This document shows, in pieces, positions 45,315 through 61,453 of a stretch of DNA of 64,000 bases. How positions within the stretch are numbered: the first letter of the stretch is position 1; each line of letters starts with the position of its first letter. Below the pieces are notes generated by a model, which was given only the letters and a program-made list of their open reading frames with translations, had not been told where the DNA came from and made no database searches. The translations under genes and the position numbers were made by a program. The stretch lies in assembly GCF_009914755.1 (NCBI RefSeq), contig NC_060930.1; one strand, given 5' to 3'. This stretch comes from the human T2T-CHM13v2.0 reference genome, Homo sapiens.

Positions 45315-46084
45315 CCCATTAACCTGTGGATAAACCTGCCTTGTCCACATTCTTAATTACATCACCATTTTGCATTATTTTGAAGCACATCTCACAAGTC
45401 ATATGTGTGTTTTCATCATGTATCTCTAAAATTTAAGGATTCTCATCTAATGTAACTGTAATACCAGTACAAGTTATTTCTTAATATCATCAAAGATCCA
45501 AAAATGTTTTTCTTTGTTTGGCTGATAGTCAACATTATACTTCACTTAAAAGACCTGTCCTTAATATTATACATTGAGGATTGATTTGATATTAGATGTG
45601 GAAAATTTCGGACAAAATTTTTGAGTTAGTTTTCAACAGAGATGTAAAATGGCAAACATGGTATACTTTAAGCATGAAAATAACTTTTCCTTTACATTGC
45701 AAGTAAATGAGAAGAAAACTGGTATCTTTCCAGATTTGTAGTCCTTCCCCAAATATATACAACTTACTACTCACTCATTTATCAACTTTATTCAAACATC
45801 ACTAGGATTTTTATTTATAGGTATACTTACTAAGCATGTTGCCTTATATTGATTCATTTATTCATTCACTGAAATTAAATGTCCATTATTTGCTAGATAA
45901 CTATGTTATACTCATCATCCTTTTTTCCGGGAGCACAGTTCAATGAGCAAAGAGTCACAAACACACAACTAACATGCCACATGAGAAGTCATAGTGGAGA
46001 TACTGCATACCAGTAAGATAAAAAAAGAGATATTCTATGCAGAGAAAAAACATATACTGTAAAAAGAAACAAAAGCATAAAAGG

Positions 46085-46364
46085 GGTTGTGCGTGGTGGC
46101 CCATGTCTATAATCCCAGCATTTTGGGAGGCCAAAGGGGGTGGATCACGAGGTCAGGAGTTCAAGACCACCCTGGCCAAGATGGTGAAGGCCTGTCTCTA
46201 CTAAAAATACAAAAATTAGCTGGGCATGGTGGTGGGCACCTGTAATCCCAGCTACTCAGGAGGCTGAGGCAAGGTGGAGGTTGCAGTGAGCCAAGATAGC
46301 ACCATTGCACTCCAGCCTGGGCAACAGAGAAAGACTCCATCCCACCACCTCCCACTCCCCCAAA
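46085..46364 (+). mobile_element. Alu SINE (AluSg-like) with a right-arm deletion and C-rich tail
   Basis: gaggctgaggca joins directly to aggtggaggttgc; TSD aaaagcataaaagg at 46071-46084 and 46365-46378. Confidence 0.9.
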
Positions 46365-48674
46365 AAAAGCATAAAAGGTATTTTTCTATAACATTTAAGT
46401 TTGTATGGTTTGACTTAGCATTTATGGAGGTGCAAAGGAGAAACAGCAAATGTTAGAAAACAGATTTTAGAGCCAAATTGTAAGGGGTCTTATGTGCTTA
46501 GCTCAAGTAGACTTTACCTTGGAAACAGCAAGGAATTCTTAGAGGCTCTTAGATACAGAATGACCTTTATTTTTATTTTTGGTAAAAATAAATCTCAAGA
46601 AGTGATACAGAAGATGGACTGAAGGGAAATATGGAGACTTGGAGACCAACTAAGCAGCTATTTTAGTAATCCAAGAAATTTGTAATGAGTGACAAACTAA
46701 TACAATGGCATTGGGGGAAGAATAGGAGAAAAATTGAGAATTATTATGGAATTGAAAGAAAAATCAATAACAAATTTATTATTTTTATTTAAAAGGGGGT
46801 GAATTTTAGATAATTCCAATATTTTTATCTTTGGAAACTGCAGTCTCCTTAGCTTACATAAGGCATGTAGAAGGAAGAGCATGTTCCATGTGTGTTTGTG
46901 TGAAGGGCATGGGGCACAGTGATGGTGAGTCATTTGCAGTTGGATTATGTTTCAGTTGACCATGAGACACCTGGTTATAGGTACCCACTAATGGTGTGTA
47001 CCTGGAGCTCAACAGAGAAGAATGATAGATGGGGAAGTAATGTGCATTGGAGTCTATAACTGAAGCGATTAATACACAGGGTAAGATAGTGCAGGGAGAG
47101 ACAGAAAGAAAAAAGAAGTAGAGACAGGAGAAAGAGAAGAGAAGAGCAAATGGTGGGTTTTTTTTGGCCTTTTTTTTTATTAATGTCTATGGAATAAATG
47201 AGTCTTCTCTGCTAAAAATCTGTTTCTTTTATTATTTATTGTGTCTTTTAAATAGTCAGGGACTTCTCCTAAAATCTTTACTTGGAAACTCCTGATTAAA
47301 ATCCAAGATGCTGGCTATATATCTTATATACTGCTTCTGCGTTTATGAATGTGTATAAATACATACCAAAATTTCTCAAGATGCCAACAACCATAAAACT
47401 GCCTTAAGCCAAAAGTAACTTCCAAAGAAGATTTTGATGGCTCTCTTATTCTAAGTGTGTCTTCTATTGAATTTCTCTTTATCCAGATGGTCTATCATGA
47501 TGAAAACTCAAACTCAAAAGTGCAACATTTTCAAAGATCTCTTCTAGTCTGATATCATTTGCTGAGTAAAGTGACTATTCTGTTTCACAATAGAACCAGG
47601 CTTTGACAGAGTAACTACAGCAGAACTATAAAGAAAGATCTAAGAGCTAGAGTTAGAACTAGAATGACTTTTAATGGGGCATGGAGTAAGTGAAGTTTCT
47701 TACTCTCTTTCATCATCTGAGAGGAAGGCAGAACTTAGAATATTGGAAGCATAATAGAGATGTTTTGTACCACAAGAGATGGTCCAAAACAGAACCCAAC
47801 ATTTGGAAATACAAACAAAGGGTAAAATGAGTTCCCCAAATATTGACAAATGGAGCATATAAACTGCTGGTTTATCTCAGAGCAATTGACATAGATAGTT
47901 ATGGCTGGCCACAAGGACCTTTCAATCCACTGTTTCTTCTTCCTTCTGGGATTCTCTGATAAGAAAGCACCTGATGCCCCACCACCTTTAAGGCTTGGCT
48001 GAGAAGTAGCATTAAACTTAGACTTGGCAGGCTGCTGGGTGCTTCCTACTGCACTCCTATCCCTCTCTGCCACAATCTGTCCCTCTACCCAACCATGTTT
48101 ACTCTCATATACACCAGTAGTATTCCTGCATCCTGATGAAGAATGGCCTATTCAATGACTTAGTTTCTGACTAGTTTGCTTAATAATTATTGCACCCTTG
48201 CAGAATAGGAGAGAGTAGTCAGAGGCACATGCTTGGGTGGACATTGTATCCTCTGTGATAAGAAATTGAAAAATAAGAATGAAGTATACATGCTTCAGAA
48301 GTAGGAACTTGGTTTGATAAATAGACAAGGTAGAACTAACCACTATGATAAGTGAGATTGGCAAAGAGTGTCACAACACTGAGCTTCAAATTATTGATCT
48401 GGAGTTACCTTGAATGTGGTCAAGACCAGTTTTAAAGATCAAAATAAAATTGAGCTTGAATTTATAGCAAAAGTGGAACAAATAGGGCATTGTATAAATT
48501 GCATTTTAATTTAGTCAAAGGAGTAAAATAAATAGATAGGACTCGAAAGCATCTGGAAAATGCATCAGTGGCAAACTTAAGTAAGTTACCGAAGCATAAT
48601 TTCATGTGTTTGCCCCTGAACATCTTGGTTACATACATCAAATTTCTCTTGTTTTGTGAGGAATTGATTTAGAC

Positions 48675-48855
48675 CAGGGGTCCTCAAACTTTAGCATGCA
48701 TCTAAATTGCTTGAAGAGCTCATTAAAACACAGACTTCTTGAGGTCCACCCCCAGAGTTTCTGAGTTAGTAGGTCTGGGGTGGAGCTTGAGGATTTGCAT
48801 TTCTAAGTCCTTGGATGATGCTCTTGCTGCTAGCCTGGGCATCATAATTTGAGTC
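48675..48855. mobile_element. MER5A (hAT-Charlie)
   Basis: caggggtcctcaaactttagcatgcatc...ccccagagtttctga...aggtctggggtgg...tttgcatttcta. Confidence 0.8.
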
Positions 48856-49125
48856 ATTGAATGCTAATTTTTTAGTAATGCTAAAAAATACTCTTAAATC
48901 TTAATTTCAGGAAAGGTTACACTACCAGAATTGAATGTTGACATCATGATGTTTAACAAATTCCACAAAGATAAAATATTAAAACTTGTTCTTTTAGGCA
49001 TGATTTTCCTTCTTTACCATCTCTTATAAAACCTGTCTCTCATGCACATTATTAAACACATATTTGATGAGCCCCAGTTTATTTAATTGTATAGGGAAAG
49101 ATACTATATGCTCTTGTTTGCTAGT

Positions 49126-49128
<3 letters not shown>

Positions 49129-49170
<42 letters not shown>
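49129..49170. repeat. (CA)n microsatellite, about 21 units
   Basis: Direct reading. Confidence 0.95.
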
Positions 49171-49172
<2 letters not shown>

Positions 49173-49786
49173 CCTAGGACCTATATTTGGTTAAACGAGA
49201 TTATATTGGAGAGAAACCACACTTCTTCCATCTTCAAGCTTAGAAATAATTTCCCGCATAAAATGTTCCCTCTTCAACTTGTGCAAAGTTAATTTATTTG
49301 CCTTATTGAAATTTGAAGGTTTTGCTTACTTAGCCGTAAAATGATATGTGCGTCAAAAGTGGAGAGGAATTATATCTGTACTAGTTTCTCATTGAGACAA
49401 ATCTTATTTGTCTTTGTGCTAATGCATATTATTTTAAATAAATAACATGTGAAATTAGATTGGGAATTGTGTACTCTGTATCATTGCACTTTATTAAAAT
49501 AACATTTAATTTGCCAGTTGAGAATGGAATATTTTTCTTTTCTCTGAAAGTTTTACCATCTTTAGTGACAAGGCAGCTCATTTGCTGTTCCTCCAGAGCT
49601 CTGTGGTTGCAATCAGTTTGATCTGGCTACTCTGCAGAAAGAAACACATTATCAAATACCCTGTACTTCAAGTGTGAATTCTGAAATTTTTGAGAAACCT
49701 ATCAAAGACAATTTTTAAAAATTTGAGTAGGAAACAATAAGGTGCTGCATATAAGAGCCTCATTTTCATAAATAACAGCAGAATCC

Positions 49787-50063
49787 AAGGTTCTCACTCT
49801 GTCACCTAGGCTGGAGTGCAGTGGTGCAATCACAGCTCATTGCATCCTCAACTTCCTGGGCTCAAGCAATCCTCCCACCCAAGTAGCTGGACTACAGATG
49901 CACATCACCATGCCCAGCTAATTTTTTAATTTTAATTTTTGCAAAGATGAGGTCCCACCTATATTGCCCAAGCTGGTCTTGAACTCCTCCTGGGCTTAAA
50001 CTACCCTACCACCTTGGCCTCCCAAAGTGCTGGGATTACAGGCGTGAGCCATTGCACCAGTCC
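49787..50063 (-). mobile_element. AluJ, tail missing
   Basis: J diagnostics cctgggctcaagcaatcctcccacc and atcacagctca. Confidence 0.88.
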
Positions 50064-50529
50064 AGCCTTTTACTTCTTGAATCGATGTTATATAATCACA
50101 GTAAAGAGCTACTGAGTAGTTGTGTTGACACTATTCTAAGACAATGCACTAGAATTATATTTTTAAAACACACTACTGGTTTATGTATTCTGTTCAGATT
50201 AAATTAAAATAATGAATGAATTTTAAGATATATTTGAATGCATCTGACTATTTAGAGTAGGATCAAAAATTAAAATAAAATGGAAAGATAATCAGGATTG
50301 GAAATTCTGTGCATTGTTATGAATGAGAGAATACCAAGGACTCCTGGGCTTGAGACAGCTCCCTTTTCATAAAGCATTCTAAATGGACAAATGTTAGCTT
50401 ATTGAGACCAATTAATAAATTTAAACTTTACCAGTATTAATTATCCATTCAAAAATATCTGCCCCACAGGAGAGGAAAGTCATAATAGGGACAGCTGCAC
50501 AATAAATCAAGACCCAGTATAACAGTATT

Positions 50530-50740
50530 AACTAGTATTTACTGCATGCTTACAACATGCTAAGTATTTTAATTACATTATCTTAATTGATCATCATAGA
50601 AATTTTATTGCCTCAGTTTTACTAACATCTCCATTCTCCCAGTGAGAAAACTGAAGCTAGAAAACTCCTTTAATGGTCTCACAGGACAAGGAGCTAGTAA
50701 GTGGTAGAATTAGAATCTGAACTGAAAAAATTAGCTTTCA
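50530..50740 (-). mobile_element. MIR SINE (approximate ends)
   Basis: tatttactgcatgcttac...gagaaaactgaagc...agctagtaagtggtagaattagaatctgaac. Confidence 0.55.
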
Positions 50741-52947
50741 AAGTGAAATATGAGAAAAAAACATATTTTAAAGCAGATTCATCTTTCATTGGATGGTTCA
50801 AAACACATTATATGCCCATTAATGTCTTAACCACAAAGTCTGTTCAGACCAGATTTATTATCATAAATTAAAATAGTCATATTTATCTATTCACCTCTTT
50901 AAAATTAATTTGAGACACATAGCCTATAAGGTATAGATATGGTTCCTAGCAGAGTGTCCTGCATATACTAAATAATAAATATTAGAGACAGGGAAAAGAG
51001 AGGAAAATACTTGGATACTGTGATTGTATCTGAAAGGAGGATAATGCTGAAAACTGTTCAGACTGGGCATGTTCTCCAATGCTCCTAATATTATATCTGT
51101 ATCCTTTTCTTGCCTTAGGAACTGCAAGTTCTTTTCATGTCTAGTCTTCTTTCTTCTCCCTCAAGTTCCCTTTCTCCTTATTTTCCTTTTCTTCAAAATA
51201 TAAATTGCCCTCTCTGCTACATATATATCTCTCTTCATCATTGCAAATGATCAAAGCAAATCAAACATTATAAATGGTCAGGTTTGCTTTAGTTGAACAC
51301 AGGAAACTATGTGGCACCCATATAATTTCCCTGTGTCTGTCAAACAAAAGCACACAGCTTTCCTTATAATACACATTTCCACAATTAAATGTTTTACTCA
51401 ATTTTAATTAATGCTTTCCCTTTTATCATAGAACCAGAATAAAAAATATCATTTAAAGATTTGGTACCTGCCTTCAGTGACTTAACAATATATAGGGCTA
51501 TGTAGAATGACTGAAGTAAATAAATAGCTGTAATGAAAGATCAAAAGTATAGTAAGAGGCATGTACACAAAATACTAAAATGACTCAGAGGAGGGAGAAA
51601 ACATAACCTGATGAAAATTCATGTTTTAATTACTGTTTGAAAATGACTTAGTTTCGAAGCAAACTGTCCAAAAAATGAGTCAAAGATACCCAAAAGTAAA
51701 AAAGAAAGTTTAGAAATATCCAGTTTAATTTTTAGACAAGACATTTACTCTGTATAATTTTCTAATAACTATCTCCCTTTTCCACTTACAGTAAATACTA
51801 GTTTAACCAAAGCAGTGCTCTTCCAAGCTGTGCTATGTATCTTTGCTGCTAAGTGCTAAGTCATAAAAATAGATGTCCTAAGACCCAACATAACAATAAT
51901 TGGAGGACTACATGTTCCAGAATAGGCCATGAAACAAATGCAGATCAAGTGTTTCAGTCCAAAGATCCTAAAACCATTGACAACATAGATGGCATGGGAT
52001 ACAAATTACAAATTTGTTAACTCATAAGTCAATATATAATCCCCAAACTAATTATTAGTTAGCCACTGTGCCCCTGTCTACACATCTCTGCAAATATTTT
52101 AAAAAAGATATCCCTTAATCCTTCGTGACCCTGCTTGGGTGGCCTAACAGAATACAAAATAGTACTCTTGAATATTAGCACTATGCCATTTTTATAGTTA
52201 AAAAACCAGGCTGTATGATTGTTTTAAACCATAATATCTAAAATGTAAAATTTGTCAAGGTGCAAACTATCATAAATGCATTTAAAAGCGAATATTAAAA
52301 TGAATATTGGATATTAAAATGTTGCTGTGAGAGAATAATTCTGACATAATAATTTTTTTCATTGGTTTAATGGACCAAATCTTGCCACTATTTCTGGCTT
52401 CTGAAACCAGGAAGGGATTATTTTTTCTCTTCACTGGCAATTAACTGAATGTATAATTTTGAATAATCATTTGTAATTATTTCTTGGGCATGGTCCCCAT
52501 ACCTTTCATCGAATTCCAAAAGCCTAGTATATGTGCTGTGCTTTTGAAGTTAGGTTAGAAGTGGAAGTGTTTATAATTTGTGGCTGGCAACCGTTGCACT
52601 TGAACTAGGACCGGAACTTCACTGTGCTGTGCAGATGTCAGCAAAACAAAACACTCTCCTAAATTCAGCAGCACACCACTTTACAGAAGTGGTAGCAGCC
52701 ACCTTCTGCCAAACCTTTCTGCAATGTTCTAGATAGAAAATACAACTAAAGAGTCACTAAAATGTGATTTACTTTTCATGTGTGAAATTCACTGATTTCA
52801 TAACAAACAAGCACTATAGTGACAGTGTGTAGTTGTTAAAAGTATGATCTCTGGAGCAATCAGACATGGGTTTTCATGTGTTTCACCACTGATTTTCAAG
52901 GTAGCCTTAGCTAAGTTACAGAATTCTCTGAGCTTCATCATCTGGTA

Positions 52948-53598
52948 AATAGAGTCAGCAAAGCTTTCCATAAAAGGTCAGATAGTAAATATTTTAGGAT
53001 TTGTGAGCCATAGGGTCTCTGTTACAATTACTGAACTCTGTCTTATAGAACCAAATCAGCTATAGATAATATGTAAACAAATGGATGTGGATGTGTTTGA
53101 AAAAAACTTTATCTATGGATGCTACAATTTGAATTTCATGTAATTTTCACATGTCACAAAATACTATGTTTCCTTTGACTTTGTTTCAACCACTAAAAAA
53201 TGTATAAACCATTCCCAGTTTATGGACCATACAAAAACAGATAGCAGGCCCGGCGCGGTGGCTCACGCCTGTAATCCCAGCACTTTGGGAGGCCGAGGCA
53301 GGCAGATCACGAGGTCAGGAGATCGAGACCATCCTGGCTAACACGGTGAAACCCCGTGTCTAGTAAAAATACAAAAAATTAGCCAGGCGTGGTGGCGGAT
53401 GCCTGTAGTCCCAGCTACTCAGGAGGCTGAGGCAGGAGAATGGCATGAACCCAGGAGGCGAAGCTTGCAGTGAGCCCAGATCGCGCCACTGAACTCCAGC
53501 CTGGGAGACAGCAAGACTCCGTCTCAAAACAAAAACAAAAACAAAAAGACAGGTAGCAGCCCAGGCCAGACCCACGAGCCATAGTTTGTTAAATGCTG
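52948..53598 (+). mobile_element. MER58B-like hAT element, inserted in a MIR and interrupted by AluY
   Basis: aaaggtcagatagtaaatattttagg...catacaaaaacag [Alu] ...gccatagtttg; MIR core sequence on both sides. Confidence 0.75.
53247..53546 (+). mobile_element. AluY
   Basis: gagatcgagaccatcctggctaacacggtg and agcttgcagtg; (AAAAC)n tail; degenerate TSD acag(a/g)tagca. Confidence 0.94.
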
Positions 53599-55409
53599 AT
53601 CTATAAAATGGTGATAAAAATATAGCTCCCTTACAGAGTTCTGATGAAGAGTAAGAGAGAGAATGCAGGTACAATTGTTAGCATTATTTTGGCCCTTACA
53701 ATTTCTATTCAGGTAAGTGTGGATTTTACAAACTTGTCATCCTAGAAGCCAATTTGTATTTTTCAACTATGTTGTTATTGAGAGCAGTTTCATGTACACC
53801 TTTACGGATGGCTTAAGAGACTGCGTTAGACTCTCCTTCTGGCTGAGTACTTGGCAGCATGAGACAGCAGCAAAGAGAAGCGCTAATGCTCCAGGTGAAA
53901 TCAAATGACTTAGCTTTGTAGCCAGGCCCTTGGTGCCACAAGACTTGGGTAATTCTAGGCTTCAGACAGGCCAGCAACGACACTGAAGGCAATCTAATTT
54001 AGTTGATTGAACAAGGCAGCAAAGGTCACTCACATCAAAGGATGTTTAAGTCACTAAGTGGCCAATACAAAGTATCCTTGTGATGAATACATTCAGAATT
54101 AGTCAAGTGAGCAGAGATTTACAGCACAGATTTAATCCACTGGGGATCTGGCATACTAAGCTCAAAAGTGCAATATCAAACATAGAGAGCAGAGATTGAG
54201 GTTGGCTGTGAATTGGTGCATATTTGAGTTTCCAGTGCTCAACAAGATGCCCCACCTGCCAAGTTTACAGAAGTCAAACTTATTCCACTGGTGTAAAATA
54301 TTGGTCCTATTTGGTTCAGGAGAGATGATAAAGATTTATCATAAAACGTATATGAGCCAAGCACTACACAGTTATTTGCACATAAAATATTTCATTTAAT
54401 CTCTACTCAACATTCAATCATATGTATTACTCCAATTTTATAAAGACAGTAATAGAGACAGACCTTGTCTATCAGGATCCAAAATTCATTCTTTCTTATA
54501 GCATTAGGAGGGAGAAAAATTTTCTTCTTAATGTCCCTCTTGTCTCTCAAAGTTCTGATAACCTAGCAAAAAAAATGGCTAGTAGAACTAAACTTGCTCA
54601 GTGGAAGAACGCGAGGTCTCTAGGTAAAGGCAGTGCTGGTATTCAGACTCACCTGGAATTTTGCATTTTCTAACCAGCCATTTCTCTGGCTAAAAACCTT
54701 CCATTGTTGCATAGTCCATGGGTGTTACTTGCCACCTCCTAGCTTCTCTGTAATTATGTGAAATATTGCAGTTAGAGATAGCTTTATCAAGAAGCTAATA
54801 AAAAATGAATAGGAGAATTCTTCATAGTGTATGTGGAGAAGTGCTGGGAGCATGGCATGATACCACCATCTGTTCACCAATGGTGGCCATGGGGCTGAGG
54901 GTGGGCCAATAGGCTGCCATCTTCACCTTCAATAGTTAGATCTGTGCCCAGTAGATGTCATCATTCATCTGGACCCCGTCTTTGACCTAAAGAAGAGGGA
55001 ACTGACTCAGAGTCTGCTCCATTGCTTCCTATCCAGAAGATACTATGTCTAAGCTTCATAGTTACTTCATGCTCTGCACACCAATGGTCTGGTGAGGGCT
55101 GGCATGGTTCAAGGAAGACACAGTTAAGGTGGACCAATTGCTGTCTTTTCAGTTCTCTGATGACTTGTCCCCTGACAAGGAGCACTGTCTGAGCAGATGT
55201 TGCACTATTAGTAAAGAAATGTGACATATACAGACTCTTTTGTGTCAATAACTTTTAAAAGTACACCCAACTTTCCATGAAGCATGTCAGAAGAGAGATT
55301 GACTATTACCTTTTTATTTTCTTTTTAGAAAATTATTTCACAAAATTGTTGCCATGGGAAGAGACAGTCAGAGAGTATACACCAAAAATTGTAAGAAATA
55401 AAGTGTTAG

Positions 55410-56307
55410 GGCCAAGATGGCCGAATAGGAACAGCTCTGGTCTACAGCTCCCAGCCTGAGCAACGCAGAAGACGGGTGATTTCTGCATTTCCATCTGAGG
55501 TACCGGGCTCATCTCACTAGGGAGTACCAGACAGTGGGCACGGGTCAGCGGGTGCGCGCACCATGCGCGAGCCGAAGCAGGGCGAGGCATTGCCTCACTC
55601 GGGAAGCGAAAGGGGTCAGGGAGTTCCCTTTCCTAATCAAAGAAAGGGGTGACGGACGGCACCTGGAAAATCGGGTCACTCCCACCCAAATACTGCGCTT
55701 TTCCGACGGGCTTAAAAAACGGCGCACCACGAGATTATATCACACACCTGGCTCGGAGGGTCCTACCCCACGGAATCTCGCTGATTGCTAGCACAGCAGT
55801 CTGAGATCAAACTGCAAGGCGGCAGCGAGGCTGGGGGAGGGGCGCCCGCCATTGCCCAGGCTTGCTTAGGTAAACAAAGCAGCCGGGAAGCTCCAACTGG
55901 GTGGAGCCCACCACAGCTCAAGGAGGCCTGCCTGCCTCTGTAAGCTCCACCTCTGGGGGCAGGGCACAGACAAACAAAAAGACAGCAGTAACCTCTGCAG
56001 ACTTAAATGTCCCTGTCTGACAGCTTTGAACAGAACAGTGGTTCTCCCAGTACGCAGCTGGAGATCTGAGAACTGGCAGACTGCCTCCTCAAGTGGGTCC
56101 CTGACCCCTGACCCCCGAGCAGCCTAACTGGGAGGCACCCTCCAGCAGGGGCACACTGACACCTCACACTGCAGGGTACTCCAACAGACCTGCAGCTGAG
56201 GGTCCTGTCTGTTAGAAGGAAAACTAACGAACAGGAAGGACATCCACACCAAAAACCCATCTGTACATCACCATCATCAAAGACCAAAAGTAGATAAAAC
56301 CACATAG
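55410..56307. promoter_or_regulatory. L1 5' UTR internal sense and antisense promoter; YY1 site intact
   Basis: caagatggc at 55413-55421; many CpGs retained. Confidence 0.8.
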
Positions 56308-57324
56308 ATGGGGAAAAAACCGAACAGAAAAACTGGAAACTCTAAAAACCAGAGCGCCTCTCCTCCTCCAAAGGAAGGCAGCTCCTCACCAGCAATGGAA
56401 CAAAGCTGGACGGAGAATGCCTTTGACGAGCTGAGAGAAGAAGGCTTCAGACGATCAAATTACTCTGAGCTACGGGAGGACATTCAAACCAAAGGCAAAG
56501 AAGTTGAAAACTTTGAAAAAACTTTAGAAGAATGTATAACTAGAATAACCAATACAGAGAAGTGCTTAAAGGAGCTGATGGAGCTGAAAACCAAGGCTCG
56601 AGAACTACGTGAAGAATGCAGAAGCCTCAGGAGCCGAAGCGATCAACTGGAAGAAAGGGTATCAGCAATGGAAGATGAAATGAATGAAATGAAGCAAGAA
56701 GGAAAGTTTAGAGAAAAAAGAATAAAAAGAAACGAGCAAAGCCTCCAAGAAATATGGGACTATGTGAAAAGACCAAATCTACATCTGATTGGTGTACCTG
56801 AAAGTGATGGGGAGAATGGAACCAAGTTGGAAAACACTCTGCAGGATATTATCCAGGAGAATTTCCCCAACCTAGCAAGGCAGGCCAACGTTCAGATTCA
56901 GGAAATACAGAGAACGCCACAAAGATACTCCTCAAGAAGAGCAACTCCAAGACACATAATTGTCAGATTCACCAAAGTTGAAATGAAGAAAAAAATGTTA
57001 AGGGCAGCCGGAGAGAAAGGTCGGGTTACCCTCAAAGGGAAGCCCATCAGACTAACAGCGGATCTCTCGGCAGAAACCCTACAAGCCAGAAGAGAGTGGG
57101 GGCCAATATTCAACATTCTTAAAGAAAAGAATTTTCAACCCAGAATTTCATATCCAGCCAAACTAAGCTTCATAAGTGAAGGAGAAATAAAATCCTTTAC
57201 AGACAAGCAAATGCTGAAAGATTTTGTCATCACCAGGCCTGCCCTACAAGAGCTCCTGAAGGAAGCGCTAAACATGGAAAGGAAGAACCAGTACCAGCCA
57301 CTGCAAAATCATGCCAAAATGTAA
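56308..57324 (+). CDS. L1 ORF1p, uninterrupted 338 aa
   Basis: Full-length translation; ARR and YPAKLS motifs intact; REKG changed to GEKG. Confidence 0.95.
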   Translation: MGKKPNRKTGNSKNQSASPPPKEGSSSPAMEQSWTENAFDELREEGFRRSNYSELREDIQTKGKEVENFEKTLEECITRITNTEKCLKELMELKTKARELREECRSLRSRSDQLEERVSAMEDEMNEMKQEGKFREKRIKRNEQSLQEIWDYVKRPNLHLIGVPESDGENGTKLENTLQDIIQENFPNLARQANVQIQEIQRTPQRYSSRRATPRHIIVRFTKVEMKKKMLRAAGEKGRVTLKGKPIRLTADLSAETLQARREWGPIFNILKEKNFQPRISYPAKLSFISEGEIKSFTDKQMLKDFVITRPALQELLKEALNMERKNQYQPLQNHAKM

Positions 57325-57372
57325 AGACCATCGAGACCAGGAAGAAACTGCATCAACTAATGAGCAAAATAA

Positions 57373-61215
<3,843 letters not shown>

Positions 61216-61418
61216 ACAATGAGATCACATGGACACAGGAAGGGGAACATCACACTCTGGGGACTGTTGTGGGATGGGGGGAGGGGGGAGGGATAGCATT
61301 GGGAGATATACCTAATGCTAGATGACGAGTTAGTGTGTGCAGCACACCAGCATGGCACATGTATACATATGTAACCTGCACAATGTGCACATGTACCCTA
61401 AAACTTAAAGTATAATAA

Positions 61419-61453
<35 letters not shown>

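Noticed and set aside
47735-48073. 112-aa minus-strand ORF
   Set aside because: Non-ATG start, no recognisable domain and no splice context.
54840-55250. GC-richer patch possibly from an ERVL internal region
   Set aside because: I could not assign a family or coding remnant without a search.
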